This document shows, one piece after another, positions 39,212 to 49,890 of a DNA stretch of 60,402 bases (its first letter is position 1; every line of letters starts with the position of its first letter). The stretch comes from Fidelibacterota bacterium (GTDB taxonomy: Bacteria > Fidelibacterota > Marinisomatia > Marinisomatales > JABMOV01). Location of the stretch: the NCBI GenBank assembly GCA_013203145.1, contig JABMOV010000166.1:1-60402 (forward strand), read 5' to 3'. The notes beneath the pieces were generated by a model, which was not told the DNA's origin, ran no database searches, and was given only the letters and a program-made list of their open reading frames with translations. A program made the position numbers and the translations under genes.

Positions 39212-40624
39212 ATGGAAGTTCGAAACCAATTATCAAGTAATCTAATTTATTGGGTTAGCCGGAACATTTGGCTGATTATAGCGAGTATATTTGGAATATT
39301 ATTTTATTTTATTCCAGCTCCTGCCGGCTTATCAATTGAGGGATGGCGAACGATCATCATTGCCGTGATTGCACTTATATTGATAGTTACAGAACCCATA
39401 CCCCTGCCAGGCATTGCCTTTATTATTATTATTTTGCAGGTCTATTTTGGTGTTGCCGATGCAAATTCGGTTTCAAAAGCATTTATGAACGATGCCGTAT
39501 TTTTTATAATGGGATCGCTTATGCTGGCGGTGGCAATTATTCAACAGGGCTGGGATGCCAGAATTGCTTTAGGAATTATTCGTTTAACGGGGAGCAGTAC
39601 CACGCGAATTGCTTTTGGGTTCTCAACAATTGCTGCAATACTATCCTCTTTCATTGGCGAACATACCGTGGCAGCAATAATGTTACCAATTGGCTTGACC
39701 CTTATTCGCTTTACTTCTGAAGATAAGGAACAAACAACCCAGTTATCTGCGCTAATATTATTTTCCATTGCCTATGGATGCTTAATTGGGTCCATTGGAA
39801 CGCCTTCCGGTGGTGGCAGGAATGTTATCATGATGATTTATTGGAAAGAATACGGAGTAGAGCCATTGTCATACTGGCGATGGATGGTTTATGTTTATCC
39901 ACTGGTTTTGCTACAGCTTCCATTGTTGGCGTGGGTATTGAGATCCACATTTAAACCAGAATTCAGTCGATTGGATTCCGGTGTACGCCGGTTAAAAGTT
40001 CAAGTAGCGCGATCTGGAAAAATTACAGATCAGCAAAAATTAGCCGCTTTCTTATTTCTGGTTGTATTTATTGGTTGGGTATTTCTATCAGAGACATTCG
40101 GATTAGGCATTATCGCAATTACTGGTGTTGTATTGTATATTGTAACCGATCTGGTAAAATGGGAAGATATTAATAAGCATGTCAATTGGGGCGTCATCAT
40201 TTTATTTGGGGCTGCCATATCGTTGGGTGTACAGATAAAAAATTCAGGTGCAGCGCATTGGTTGGCAAACATCGTTTTAAATTCAATGGGAGATGAATGG
40301 TTAAATATCCCAATTGTAACGGATTCGATTATTATACTTCTTACAACAACCATGGCAAATCTTCTATCCAGCTCAGCGACAGTAGCGGTACTTGGTCCCG
40401 TTATTTTAAATTTACCAGGCGATGCGATCCATACTGGATTAGTAGCAACAATTGTATCAGCCTTTGGTTATTTTACTGCCGTTGCTGCACCTGCTTGCAC
40501 AATTGTGTATTCTTGTGGACTTTTACGATCAAAAGATTTTTTACGTGCCGGGTGGAAAATGGGAACAATATCGATAGGTCTGATTTTAGTTTACGCGAAT
40601 GTTTATTGGAGGTTTCTTCAATGA
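39212..40624 (+). CDS. DASS/SLC13 sodium-coupled anion symporter, copy 1
   Basis: TEPIPL, SSFIGEHTVAAIMLPI, IGTPSGGGRN, VNWGVIILFG. Confidence 0.9.
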   Translation: MEVRNQLSSNLIYWVSRNIWLIIASIFGILFYFIPAPAGLSIEGWRTIIIAVIALILIVTEPIPLPGIAFIIIILQVYFGVADANSVSKAFMNDAVFFIMGSLMLAVAIIQQGWDARIALGIIRLTGSSTTRIAFGFSTIAAILSSFIGEHTVAAIMLPIGLTLIRFTSEDKEQTTQLSALILFSIAYGCLIGSIGTPSGGGRNVIMMIYWKEYGVEPLSYWRWMVYVYPLVLLQLPLLAWVLRSTFKPEFSRLDSGVRRLKVQVARSGKITDQQKLAAFLFLVVFIGWVFLSETFGLGIIAITGVVLYIVTDLVKWEDINKHVNWGVIILFGAAISLGVQIKNSGAAHWLANIVLNSMGDEWLNIPIVTDSIIILLTTTMANLLSSSATVAVLGPVILNLPGDAIHTGLVATIVSAFGYFTAVAAPACTIVYSCGLLRSKDFLRAGWKMGTISIGLILVYANVYWRFLQ

Positions 40625-40693
40625 GATATTCTTGGATTAAAAGCACGGCACTTTTTGTATTTAATATGAGTAGGAGTGTAAAAACGTAGCAAA

Positions 40694-42106
40694 ATGGAAT
40701 TAAGATACCAATTACTAAGAAATTTATTGTACTGGTTGAACCGAAATACTGGTACAATTGCCGCAGTTATTGTTGGTGTGGCAATGTATGTTTTACCCAA
40801 GCCCGATAGCATAGATATTGATGCATGGAAAACCCTCATTATTGCTGTCATAACATTAATATTGATTATTACCGAGCCTATTCCACTGCCGGGTATCGCG
40901 TTTGTCATAATTATACTTCAAGTTTATTTTGGTATTGCGGATGCAGAAACTGTATCAAACGCGTTTATGAACGATGCTGTATTTTTTATCATGGGATCAC
41001 TTATGTTGGCTGTTGCAATCATAAAGCAGGGATGGGATGTCAGAATTGCTTTAGGTATCGTGGCTTTAACAGGAAATAAAACGCAAAATATTGCAATTGG
41101 ATTTTCAATTATTTCAGCAGTGATGTCTTCTTTTATTGGTGCGCATACCGTAGCCGCTATTATGCTTCCCATTGGAATAACGTTGATTCGGCACATGTCA
41201 TCAGAAAAGGCAGAAACTACACAACTAGCAGGAATCCTATTATTTTCAGTTGCCTATGGTAGTTTAATAGGTTCGGTTGGGTCGCCATCCGGAGGCGGTC
41301 GAAATGTTATAATGATGATCTATATGAAAGAATACGGTATTGAACCCTTATCCTACTGGCGATGGATGGTTTATGTTTATCCGTTGGTATTTCTGCAAAT
41401 TCCAATCCTTGGTTTAATTCTCAAGTCAAGCTTTCGTCCCGAGTATTTAAAATTGGGGAAAAGTATACGCAAATTGAAACTACAAGTTGGGAAGTCAGGA
41501 AAAGTTACAGGAAACCAGTATTTTGCAATTTTCATTTTTATACTAGTGTTATTAGGGTGGGTGACGTTATCACAAAAACACGGTTTGGGCATTATCGCCT
41601 TGACCGGAGTGGTGATATATTTATTTACAGGGCTTGTTAAGTGGCAAGACCTCAATAATCATGTAAACTGGGGAGTTATTATTTTATTTGGAGCAGCCAT
41701 TAGTCTGGGTGTTCAGATTAAAAATACTGGAGCTGCTGATTGGTTATCTCTGCAAGTTATCAGTGTCGTTGGAGAATCGTTGTTGCAAAATCAAGGCGTT
41801 TCTGATGTCCTAAATGTATTTTTAACCACCATTTTTGCTAACATCCTTTCTGGTACTGCCACTGTCGCTATACTCGGTCCAATAACATTGAATTTCCCTG
41901 GTGACACATTACATGCAGGTCTCATTACAGCCATTGCATCATCTTTTGGATATTTCACTGCTGTAGCAGCACCTGCCTGCGTAATCGTGTATTCAAGTGG
42001 TTTAGTTCGTTCAAGAGATTTTTTAAGAGTTGGATGGAAAATGGGAATAGTATCCATTGTCGTAACTATTATTTATGCCAATATTTATTGGCCATTGTTA
42101 AAGTAA
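40694..42106 (+). CDS. DASS/SLC13 sodium-coupled anion symporter, copy 2
   Basis: Same motifs and same length (470 aa) as copy 1. Confidence 0.9.
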   Translation: MELRYQLLRNLLYWLNRNTGTIAAVIVGVAMYVLPKPDSIDIDAWKTLIIAVITLILIITEPIPLPGIAFVIIILQVYFGIADAETVSNAFMNDAVFFIMGSLMLAVAIIKQGWDVRIALGIVALTGNKTQNIAIGFSIISAVMSSFIGAHTVAAIMLPIGITLIRHMSSEKAETTQLAGILLFSVAYGSLIGSVGSPSGGGRNVIMMIYMKEYGIEPLSYWRWMVYVYPLVFLQIPILGLILKSSFRPEYLKLGKSIRKLKLQVGKSGKVTGNQYFAIFIFILVLLGWVTLSQKHGLGIIALTGVVIYLFTGLVKWQDLNNHVNWGVIILFGAAISLGVQIKNTGAADWLSLQVISVVGESLLQNQGVSDVLNVFLTTIFANILSGTATVAILGPITLNFPGDTLHAGLITAIASSFGYFTAVAAPACVIVYSSGLVRSRDFLRVGWKMGIVSIVVTIIYANIYWPLLK

Positions 42107-42147
42107 TCAAAATTGATGATTAAATTTGAAAGAAATCGGAGCCAAGT

Positions 42148-43032
42148 ATGAAATTTTTAATCGCCATAGGAAGTAAGGAATATTCCGAACCTACACTTCG
42201 CATAGGAATGCGTGTAGCAAAAGCGTTTAAAGCGTCGGTGACTATCTGCTATGTTGGGCCAAAAGTCAGTGCATTTTCGTCAAATGTTGTTCGTTTGGCT
42301 CAAGAAAATCTTGAGCGATGGGAAATGGAACTACCAGGTGTGGACGTTTTGGAGTGGGCTTTTAATTTCCTTGCTGCTCGCGAATATATTACACCGAATA
42401 TTATTGAAACAGGATTTCAAAAAAATATGCTGATCCAAAGCAGTGGGTCGCGTAGTGAGTTGCTGTTGCAAGGTACTATGTGCAAGGATGTCAGATTAAT
42501 TTTGCGTTCTGGTGATATCATCGATGAACTTCGGGATGAGGTTGCTCAAAACAAATACGATGTGACTATCATTGGTGGAAGCCAAAAGCGACGGATGGCG
42601 CATGACCTTGTGCAATTTATTGACAGTTCTATCTTCGTTGTGAATAAATTTGATTATGCTATGCGATATGGTTTATTGGTCCCGGTGAATGACAGCAAAA
42701 GTACACCAAAGGCTGTGAAATATGCAGTACGGGTAGCCCAGGCTTTTGACATCCCTGTTGATTTAGTGACTGCTTCACGGAAAGAGGAATTTGGTGAATC
42801 TTACAAAAATGCTTCAGATCGTGCTGCCACAATGATGCGCCGATCGGGGATTGAACATCGTCAACATTTCAAAGTGGGTGAAGCTGACGAAGTGATTAAA
42901 AAAATGGCTGGAGACGATCATATTGTTGTCATGGGCTCGTCTACAAAAAATCCAGTAAAGAAGTTCTTTTTTGGTAGCAAACAGATTCGGGTCATGACCG
43001 ATGCACCATTTCCTATTCTTATTGTAAAATAA
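42148..43032 (+). CDS. Tandem-domain universal stress protein
   Basis: Two USP-like units; VVMGSS...FFGSK...PILIVK. Confidence 0.85.
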   Translation: MKFLIAIGSKEYSEPTLRIGMRVAKAFKASVTICYVGPKVSAFSSNVVRLAQENLERWEMELPGVDVLEWAFNFLAAREYITPNIIETGFQKNMLIQSSGSRSELLLQGTMCKDVRLILRSGDIIDELRDEVAQNKYDVTIIGGSQKRRMAHDLVQFIDSSIFVVNKFDYAMRYGLLVPVNDSKSTPKAVKYAVRVAQAFDIPVDLVTASRKEEFGESYKNASDRAATMMRRSGIEHRQHFKVGEADEVIKKMAGDDHIVVMGSSTKNPVKKFFFGSKQIRVMTDAPFPILIVK

Positions 43033-43230
43033 TAAAACAGGCAAAATTGATTGTTGTAATAAATGTTTGAAAAGTTGCAAAAATTGATATTGTGACTTAC
43101 CCAACTTCTGAATCTATTAAGTATAATTATATTTGAATCTGGTTCGGAGTATTGGCAATTTTCACACGCTCAAATTATAAAAATTTGATAATTTTATAAT
43201 TATCCAAAACGCAAAAACAGAAAGCAAAAA

Positions 43231-43704
43231 ATGAAAATCCAACTGTTATCTTTTTCAAGTTTATTAATAATGTCATGTTCAACAATGACGTTTTTACCCA
43301 CAGAAGGAACCGCTTCAAAATTTAATCTGGCAACAGTTGAATATGTGGAGGCACAAAACGCCAATCAAAATGAAAAGCTTTTGGACGAATTAACAAAAAA
43401 TCTTGATGAGGTTCTAAATCAAGTCCTTGCCGAAGACAGAGCAAAGATTAGTGAGCTAGAGAAACTATTAACGGAACAAGAAAAGAAAATTGAATCCATT
43501 TCTACTTTAGTAGATAGCTCAAACTCTACTTTATTAATGGTATCCGGAAGTTTGCGCCGTGAATTAGGCGAAGTGAAATCATCGAATCAAGATTTAAAAA
43601 TGTCTTTAGATAATATTAAAAACAATATTGACAATTTACCTAAGGATGCGATGGAAGAGCTGAATAATGCGTTGAAGGCATACTTAGGCAAAACACAAGA
43701 CTAG
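43231..43704 (+). CDS. Coiled-coil lipoprotein
   Basis: IMSC lipobox, heptad-rich helical body. Confidence 0.7.
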   Translation: MKIQLLSFSSLLIMSCSTMTFLPTEGTASKFNLATVEYVEAQNANQNEKLLDELTKNLDEVLNQVLAEDRAKISELEKLLTEQEKKIESISTLVDSSNSTLLMVSGSLRRELGEVKSSNQDLKMSLDNIKNNIDNLPKDAMEELNNALKAYLGKTQD

Positions 43705-43714
43705 TTTATTTTTG

Positions 43715-43750
43715 AGCAATCATGAATGAAAATTCATGATTGCTTTATTT
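43715..43750. terminator. Hairpin terminator between convergent genes
   Basis: AGCAATCATGAAT-GAAA-ATTCATGATTGCT followed by TTATTT. Confidence 0.75.
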
Positions 43751-43765
43751 TACGTGAATTTGTAT

Positions 43766-44143
43766 TTAATCAAGGTCGTTGGTTTTTAACCAATTGTTGG
43801 CTGTATCCTGATCCTTGAAAATTCTAAAATTGATTCCGCGGTTTCTCGCAACGGTTTCGAAAAAATGATAAAGCTTATATCTTCCGTTCGGCGGTATGAA
43901 GGCGATTCGCGGTTTGATTTCGTCAAATAATACTTTTAGCTGCGAAGGTCGCTTAAAAGCAACAAAATATGGAATATTAATCATAATATCGCGATGGTCT
44001 ATTAAAACATTAGTATAGCCATTCAATTTGGACACGGCAATCATTTCATTTGCCAATTTATCACTATGTTCAAGTTTCCAAACACCCGTTACGGTTGCGC
44101 TGATAATTTGGTGGGATTCGTTAATGTGTATTTCGTAATTCAT
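43766..44143 (-). CDS. SpoIIAA/STAS-like small protein
   Basis: VLIDHR, RIAFI, FFETVARNRG, IFKDQDTANNWL pattern. Confidence 0.7.
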   Translation of the reverse strand: MNYEIHINESHQIISATVTGVWKLEHSDKLANEMIAVSKLNGYTNVLIDHRDIMINIPYFVAFKRPSQLKVLFDEIKPRIAFIPPNGRYKLYHFFETVARNRGINFRIFKDQDTANNWLKTNDLD

Positions 44144-44212
44144 TGAGTTTCGTTGTGTATGCTAAGGCAATCTTATTGTAAAACAAAGATAGAGTCCAGT
44201 TAAAGTAAAAGT

Positions 44213-44262
44213 TAATAGTAATCATTACTATTATTGACAATGCCCATAATTCATAGTAACTT
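44213..44262 (+). promoter_or_regulatory. Fur/PerR-type box abutting a sigma70 promoter
   Basis: Perfect 10-1-10 palindrome TAATAGTAAT-C-ATTACTATTA (44213-44233), then TTGACA (44234-39), 17-nt spacer, TAACTT (44257-62). Confidence 0.75.
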
Positions 44263-44285
44263 TCAACAGGAAATATAATAAAATT

Positions 44286-44666
44286 ATGCGATACAGCCAT
44301 CAACGAGAAGAAATATTAAAAATCGTTCAATCAACGAGATGTCATCCAACGGCAGATTGGGTTTATGATGAAGTGCGTAAAGTAATTCCTAATGTAAGTT
44401 TAGGAACAGTTTATAGAAATTTGAATCAATTGGTAAATACTAATAATATTAATGCGCTAAATGATGGTCCTGTAATTCGGTATGATGGTTTTATGGAGAT
44501 GCATGATCATTTCAAATGTAAGAAATGCGACACGATTTATGATATTGATCATCATTCTATGAATATTATTTATGAATTGAACCAAAATACAAATCATACA
44601 ATCTCCAACTATTCACTAAACCTGGAAGGGATTTGTTGTGATTGTGTTGAAACGACAAATAATTAA
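44286..44666 (+). CDS. perR: PerR/Fur family repressor
   Basis: HPTADWVY, SLGTVYRNL, RYD, HDHFKCKKC, CCDC; heads the peroxide-defence genes. Confidence 0.85.
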   Translation: MRYSHQREEILKIVQSTRCHPTADWVYDEVRKVIPNVSLGTVYRNLNQLVNTNNINALNDGPVIRYDGFMEMHDHFKCKKCDTIYDIDHHSMNIIYELNQNTNHTISNYSLNLEGICCDCVETTNN

Positions 44667-44738
44667 CAAAATACACGTGAGAATCATGTTCTATGTGTGA
44701 TAAATTGAAAATATCAAAACAAACATAAGGGGAACACC

Positions 44739-45383
44739 ATGTTAGTAACCAAACCAGCTCCGGATTTTAAAGCTACGGCTATAATGCCGGACAACTCTTT
44801 CAAAGATATTAGTCTAGAGGATTACAAGGGAAAAAAAGTAGTATTATTTTTCTATCCACTTGATTTTACCTTTGTATGTCCTACAGAAATCATTGCATTC
44901 AGTCACCGTATAGAAGAATTTGAAAAACGCGGCGTTCAAGTTTTAGGATGTTCTGTTGATTCTAAGTATAGTCATTGGGCCTGGAAAAATACTCCAGAAA
45001 ACAAAGGTGGTATTGGCAATATTAAATACCCGCTTATTTCTGATATAGACAAATCAATTGCTCGTGATTATGATGTATTAATGGGGGTTGAACCTGCGTA
45101 CGTCGAAACGGATGAAGACGAATATGAAACAACCGTTGGTGGTACAATAGCATTGCGTGGATCCTTCCTCATTGATGAAGAAGGAATTGTCCGACATGCT
45201 GTGATAAATGATTTGCCATTAGGACGTAACGTTGATGAAATGTTGCGAATGATAGATGCATTATCTTTCAATCAAAAGAATGGCGAAGTTTGTCCCGCTG
45301 GATGGACCGAAGGCGATGATGGTATGAAAGAAAACGCTGAAGGCGTTGCAACATACTTAAGTAACCACGCTGAGGAATTATAA
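44739..45383 (+). CDS. ahpC: Typical 2-Cys peroxiredoxin
   Basis: [26 protein letters not shown]. Confidence 0.95.
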   Translation: MLVTKPAPDFKATAIMPDNSFKDISLEDYKGKKVVLFFYPLDFTFVCPTEIIAFSHRIEEFEKRGVQVLGCSVDSKYSHWAWKNTPENKGGIGNIKYPLISDIDKSIARDYDVLMGVEPAYVETDEDEYETTVGGTIALRGSFLIDEEGIVRHAVINDLPLGRNVDEMLRMIDALSFNQKNGEVCPAGWTEGDDGMKENAEGVATYLSNHAEEL

Positions 45384-45400
45384 CATAATAAAGTAAATAT

Positions 45401-45430
45401 GATGACCGCAATAATTTCATTGCGGTCATC
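45401..45430. other. Intergenic 12-bp hairpin without U-tract
   Basis: GATGACCGCAAT-AATTTC-ATTGCGGTCATC between ahpC and rbr. Confidence 0.7.
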
Positions 45431-45452
45431 TCTACATTTATGAGAAGGTAAT

Positions 45453-46025
45453 ATGAATATAAAAGGCTCAAAGACCGAAAAGAATTTATTAAAAGCATTT
45501 GCTGGGGAATCACAGGCCAGAATGCGATATGATTATTTTGCGAAACAAGCAAAAAAGGAAGGTCTTGAACAAATATCAGCCATTTTTGCGGAAACTGCTT
45601 TAAATGAAAAAGAACATGCAAAAAGATTCTTTAAGTTTTTGGAAGGTGGCGATGTTGAAATTACTGCGAACTATCCAGCCGGTAAAATTGGAACGACACT
45701 GGAGAATTTAGAAGCATCTGCAAAAGGTGAGAATGAAGAGTGGACTGAATTATATCCTCATTTTGCTGACGTTGCTGCTGAGGAAGGATTTAAGGAAATT
45801 GCAAATGCATTTCGGCTTATAGCAAAAGTTGAGAAGGCACATGAAGAACGGTTTTCAACACTTTATAAAAACCTTGATGAAGGTCATGTGTTTGAGCGCG
45901 AGGGTGTTTTGGTTTGGAAGTGTCGTAATTGTGGGTATTTGCATGAAGGTAAGAAGGCACCAAAAATGTGCCCAGCCTGTTTACATCCTCAATCATACTT
46001 TGAGATAAAAGAGTCCAATTATTAA
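45453..46025 (+). CDS. rbr: Rubrerythrin
   Basis: AFAGESQAR, EKEHA, EKAHE, CRNC...CPAC. Confidence 0.95.
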   Translation: MNIKGSKTEKNLLKAFAGESQARMRYDYFAKQAKKEGLEQISAIFAETALNEKEHAKRFFKFLEGGDVEITANYPAGKIGTTLENLEASAKGENEEWTELYPHFADVAAEEGFKEIANAFRLIAKVEKAHEERFSTLYKNLDEGHVFEREGVLVWKCRNCGYLHEGKKAPKMCPACLHPQSYFEIKESNY

Positions 46026-46090
46026 ATAATAAATTTCTAATACTATTTTGCGTAAAAGTTAAAATCAAAAAAAATTAAGAAGGAATTAAA

Positions 46091-46663
46091 ATGGAACATA
46101 AACTACCAAATTTACCCTATGAGATGGACGCACTAGAGCCACATATTTCGAAAGAAACTTTAGAATACCATTATGGTAAACATCACAATGCCTATGTAAC
46201 AAATTTGAATAATTTAATTCAGGGGACCGAATTTGAGGACCAATCCTTGGAAGAGATTGTAAAGAATTCTGCTGCTGGTACTTTCAACAATGCAGCTCAA
46301 GTCTGGAATCATTCATTTTATTGGAATTGCCTAAGTCCAAATGGTGGTGGTGAACCAACAGGAGTTTTAGCAGACGCCATAATTAGCGCATTTGGATCGT
46401 TCGCCGAATTCAAGGAAGCGTTTACAAAATCTGCTGTTACAAACTTTGGGTCTGGTTGGACTTGGTTGGTAAACGGCAATGATGGACTTGAAATCATTAA
46501 TACCAGTAATGCAGCATCAGCATTAACAGAAGATGGTACACCTTTACTCACTTGTGATGTCTGGGAACATGCCTATTATGTGGATTATCGCAATGCGCGT
46601 CCAGCATATGTTGCAGCTTATTGGAAGCTTGTAAATTGGGATTTTGTAGCAAACAACTTCTAA
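46091..46663 (+). CDS. sodB: Superoxide dismutase, Fe-type signature
   Basis: [29 protein letters not shown]. Confidence 0.93.
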   Translation: MEHKLPNLPYEMDALEPHISKETLEYHYGKHHNAYVTNLNNLIQGTEFEDQSLEEIVKNSAAGTFNNAAQVWNHSFYWNCLSPNGGGEPTGVLADAIISAFGSFAEFKEAFTKSAVTNFGSGWTWLVNGNDGLEIINTSNAASALTEDGTPLLTCDVWEHAYYVDYRNARPAYVAAYWKLVNWDFVANNF

Positions 46664-46684
46664 TCTAAAGACAAAACCTCATTG

Positions 46685-46722
46685 AAGTCCCAATGCTCTT
46701 TCTAGAGTGATGGGACTTTTTT
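46685..46722 (+). terminator. Rho-independent terminator
   Basis: AAGTCCCA..CTCT-TTCT-AGAG..TGGGACTT followed by TTTT. Confidence 0.8.
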
Positions 46723-46798
46723 GTAAATTCTATTCTCCATTCAGGACAACCATTGACGCCTCTGATTGTCTTGATCATTATATTTGAAAGGAAAACCA

Positions 46799-49729
46799 AT
46801 GCGCCATTACGGAATTGTTATACTTCTTGCTTTAAGTTTTGTTTTTGGTACTGACTATTTTCAACAAGATGTAGCATATGAAATACATGTAACACTTGAT
46901 GATTCGGCACATACATTAAGTGCAAACGAATCAATTATATATACGAACAATTCAGCAGATCATCTTGATTTCATCTGGTTCCATCTCTGGCCCAACGCCT
47001 ACAAAAATAATACATCGGCTTTGGAAAAGCAATTTTTGATGCGAAGGTCTTCCAGAATGGCATTTGCCAAGGAAAAAGAACGCGGGTTTATTGACAGTTT
47101 AAATTTCACGAGTAATGGCGTGGAATTATCGTGGTCTTATCATCCAGAGTGGATCGATGTGGCAAAAGTGGAACTAAGCGAAACGCTTAAGCCCGGTGAA
47201 TCAGTAACTATAGAAACCCCATTTTTTGTGAAACTACCAAAAGTGTTTTCACGATTGGGGCATTCAGATCAACATTATGAAATCACACAATGGTATCCTA
47301 AACCAGCAGTATATGATAAAGATGGCTGGCATGCCATGCCGTACCTTGATATGGGAGAATTTTATAGTGAATTTGGAACGTTTGATGTGTATATCACACT
47401 TCCTGCAGATTATCGGATAATGGCTACAGGTGATTTAGTGGATGGAGAATCTGAATATAGTTGGCTGGATTCCTTGGCGAAAGAAGGTGACGCCATCTAT
47501 GAATTAGATAAAAAAGACAGAAAAAAGAAATACAAAGAATTGAATAAAGCCAAACATGATGATGAAAATCTAAAAACGGTTCATTTTCATCAGGAAAACG
47601 TGCATGATTTCGCCTGGTTCGCCGATTGGAAATGGATTGTTAGGAAGGGCGAATTAGTGTTAGGAGACTCCACTAATTCAATCATTTTGTGGTCAATGTA
47701 TTTACCAAAGAATGGTGAATTATGGGAAAATTCAGTTGAATATATTCATGATGCTGGGTACTGGTATAGCAAATTTTTTGGAGATTATCCCTATAAGCAT
47801 ATTTCTGCCGTTGATGGTGATATGTCTGCCGGAGGAGGGATGGAATATCCAAATATAACCGTCATTTCAAGTGGTGGTAGTAAAGATCTTTTGGAATTTG
47901 TTATAATGCATGAAGTTGGGCATAATTGGTTTTACGGAATCCTAGGCAGTAATGAAAGAAGTGCTCCTTGGCTTGATGAAGGTATAAATGAATACGCCAA
48001 TATTCTTTACTGGGAAACGAAATACGATGACCGCGGTACTAATTTTATAATTCAAGATGTCATCCAGAACAAAATTGGTATTGCTAAAAATTTGCAGATG
48101 CGATGGATCATGGGATATATGGGATATATTATGCAGGCAAATCCTGGGAATGATCAGGAAATAAATCTGCATTCTGAGGACTATGCCTCCTCCAATTACG
48201 GATCTATCGTCTACGGAAAAACGGCAATAATGTTTCGATTTCTGAAACATTATCTGGGTGAACAATTGATGGAAGAAACAATGCAGGATTATTATCAATC
48301 CTGGAAGTTTAAACATCCTGAACAAAAAGATCTCGAGGAGGCATTTGGACGCCACGTTGATGAAGATTTGGGTTGGTTCTGGATGAACGCAATCGGAAGT
48401 ACGAACGTAATCGATTATGGATTCCGTGAAGAAGGCGAATCCCTTTATCTAGAAAGTAAAGGAACAATGGTTGTACCTGTGGAAGTCGCATTTTATGATA
48501 ATTCAGGAGCAGAAATTGATCGACGTTGGATTCCGATAAAAAATCAAAGCATGCCATTACCTTTACCACCTGAAACACATCGAACTATTATTGATCCTGA
48601 AGATCATATGCCTGACATATATAGATCAAATAATTCCACAAGTAAACCTTTAGAGATAGGTTTTGTCTTTGACCAGCCGGATTACAAGAAACGGAATCTA
48701 TATTGGATCCCTTGGGTGACCAGTTGGAACCAATATAACGGATGGTCCCCTGGTTTAATGATTTATTCGGGATATATCCCGGGATATCGATACGGATTCG
48801 GTATAAAACCAATGTGGGATTTCAATAATTCTAGACTGATCGGTGGTTTAACAGCTCAACGCACTTTTTATCAACTATTTGGTTTCCAAAAAATAACGGT
48901 AAAAGGCAGCTATGATGATTATTCCAGTGCTGCTGGTTGGAAATTGGAGACTACTATGGAAAAATCTCCTTCCATTCACTCAAGAGCAAAATGGACTTAT
49001 AAAGCAATCATTAATAACAAATCGTTGAATGCGGAAGGTTTGGATAACTTGATTTATGATGCACGGACTTACACAACCGGAAAAGTAAACGCTGTGTTTT
49101 CAAATAAACCCAGTACCTGGCTTAGTTATGCAACCACAGCAAATATACAGGTGGCTTTGCAAGGAGCATCATTTGCCAAATGGAATCTGATCAACAATTT
49201 GAAATATCGATGGTCCAAAAAAGAATATTCACAATTGAGGCTTTGGATTGGTGGATTTTTATCTGCTGACGATGTTCCAAAACATTATGAAACATTTTTG
49301 GCGGGCGGTGTTGATCCAGATTTCAGTAATGGATTTGTATTTAATCGTACTAGCGAACAGACAGTTTATAATCTGTATGATGAACAATTCTTACAAGAAG
49401 GTCCAGGTCTAAAAGGACGATACGATGGTCCATCATCACAAGAATTTGTCTGGGGAGTAAACCTTACACAGGATATTCCTTTTATTAATGTCAAAATATT
49501 TGGTGATATTGCGGGTGATGAAAACAATCAATATACCGATGCTGGTATTGTTCTCGGCTCAGATAGTTTTGGAATTTATTTGCCATTCTATCAAAGTTGG
49601 GAAGTCTACCAAATTTGGGAAGTTAATGGCAAAATAGTGACAAGTAATGGCAAAAAAGTGACAAAATCTGATTGGTTGATTGAACGTGCAAGGTTTACAA
49701 TTGATATTTCGAGTATAATAAATTTGTAA
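46799..49729 (+). CDS. Secreted M1 family metallo-aminopeptidase with long C-terminal extension
   Basis: Signal peptide, GGMEYP, HEVGH...WLDEG, VYGK; start set at ATG 46799. Confidence 0.9.
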   Translation: MRHYGIVILLALSFVFGTDYFQQDVAYEIHVTLDDSAHTLSANESIIYTNNSADHLDFIWFHLWPNAYKNNTSALEKQFLMRRSSRMAFAKEKERGFIDSLNFTSNGVELSWSYHPEWIDVAKVELSETLKPGESVTIETPFFVKLPKVFSRLGHSDQHYEITQWYPKPAVYDKDGWHAMPYLDMGEFYSEFGTFDVYITLPADYRIMATGDLVDGESEYSWLDSLAKEGDAIYELDKKDRKKKYKELNKAKHDDENLKTVHFHQENVHDFAWFADWKWIVRKGELVLGDSTNSIILWSMYLPKNGELWENSVEYIHDAGYWYSKFFGDYPYKHISAVDGDMSAGGGMEYPNITVISSGGSKDLLEFVIMHEVGHNWFYGILGSNERSAPWLDEGINEYANILYWETKYDDRGTNFIIQDVIQNKIGIAKNLQMRWIMGYMGYIMQANPGNDQEINLHSEDYASSNYGSIVYGKTAIMFRFLKHYLGEQLMEETMQDYYQSWKFKHPEQKDLEEAFGRHVDEDLGWFWMNAIGSTNVIDYGFREEGESLYLESKGTMVVPVEVAFYDNSGAEIDRRWIPIKNQSMPLPLPPETHRTIIDPEDHMPDIYRSNNSTSKPLEIGFVFDQPDYKKRNLYWIPWVTSWNQYNGWSPGLMIYSGYIPGYRYGFGIKPMWDFNNSRLIGGLTAQRTFYQLFGFQKITVKGSYDDYSSAAGWKLETTMEKSPSIHSRAKWTYKAIINNKSLNAEGLDNLIYDARTYTTGKVNAVFSNKPSTWLSYATTANIQVALQGASFAKWNLINNLKYRWSKKEYSQLRLWIGGFLSADDVPKHYETFLAGGVDPDFSNGFVFNRTSEQTVYNLYDEQFLQEGPGLKGRYDGPSSQEFVWGVNLTQDIPFINVKIFGDIAGDENNQYTDAGIVLGSDSFGIYLPFYQSWEVYQIWEVNGKIVTSNGKKVTKSDWLIERARFTIDISSIINL

Positions 49730-49890
49730 TTAGGAATGCTTAGGGGATGTATCTTTCGATGATTTGACTTGATACATCCTCTATTGTACAAATAGTAAAT
49801 TTTAAATACCACCACCAATTTATTATTTTTTAAATTCAAGCTGGGATTTAGACAGGTTTAACAACAATTACTCTCGTTAGGGGATAATTC

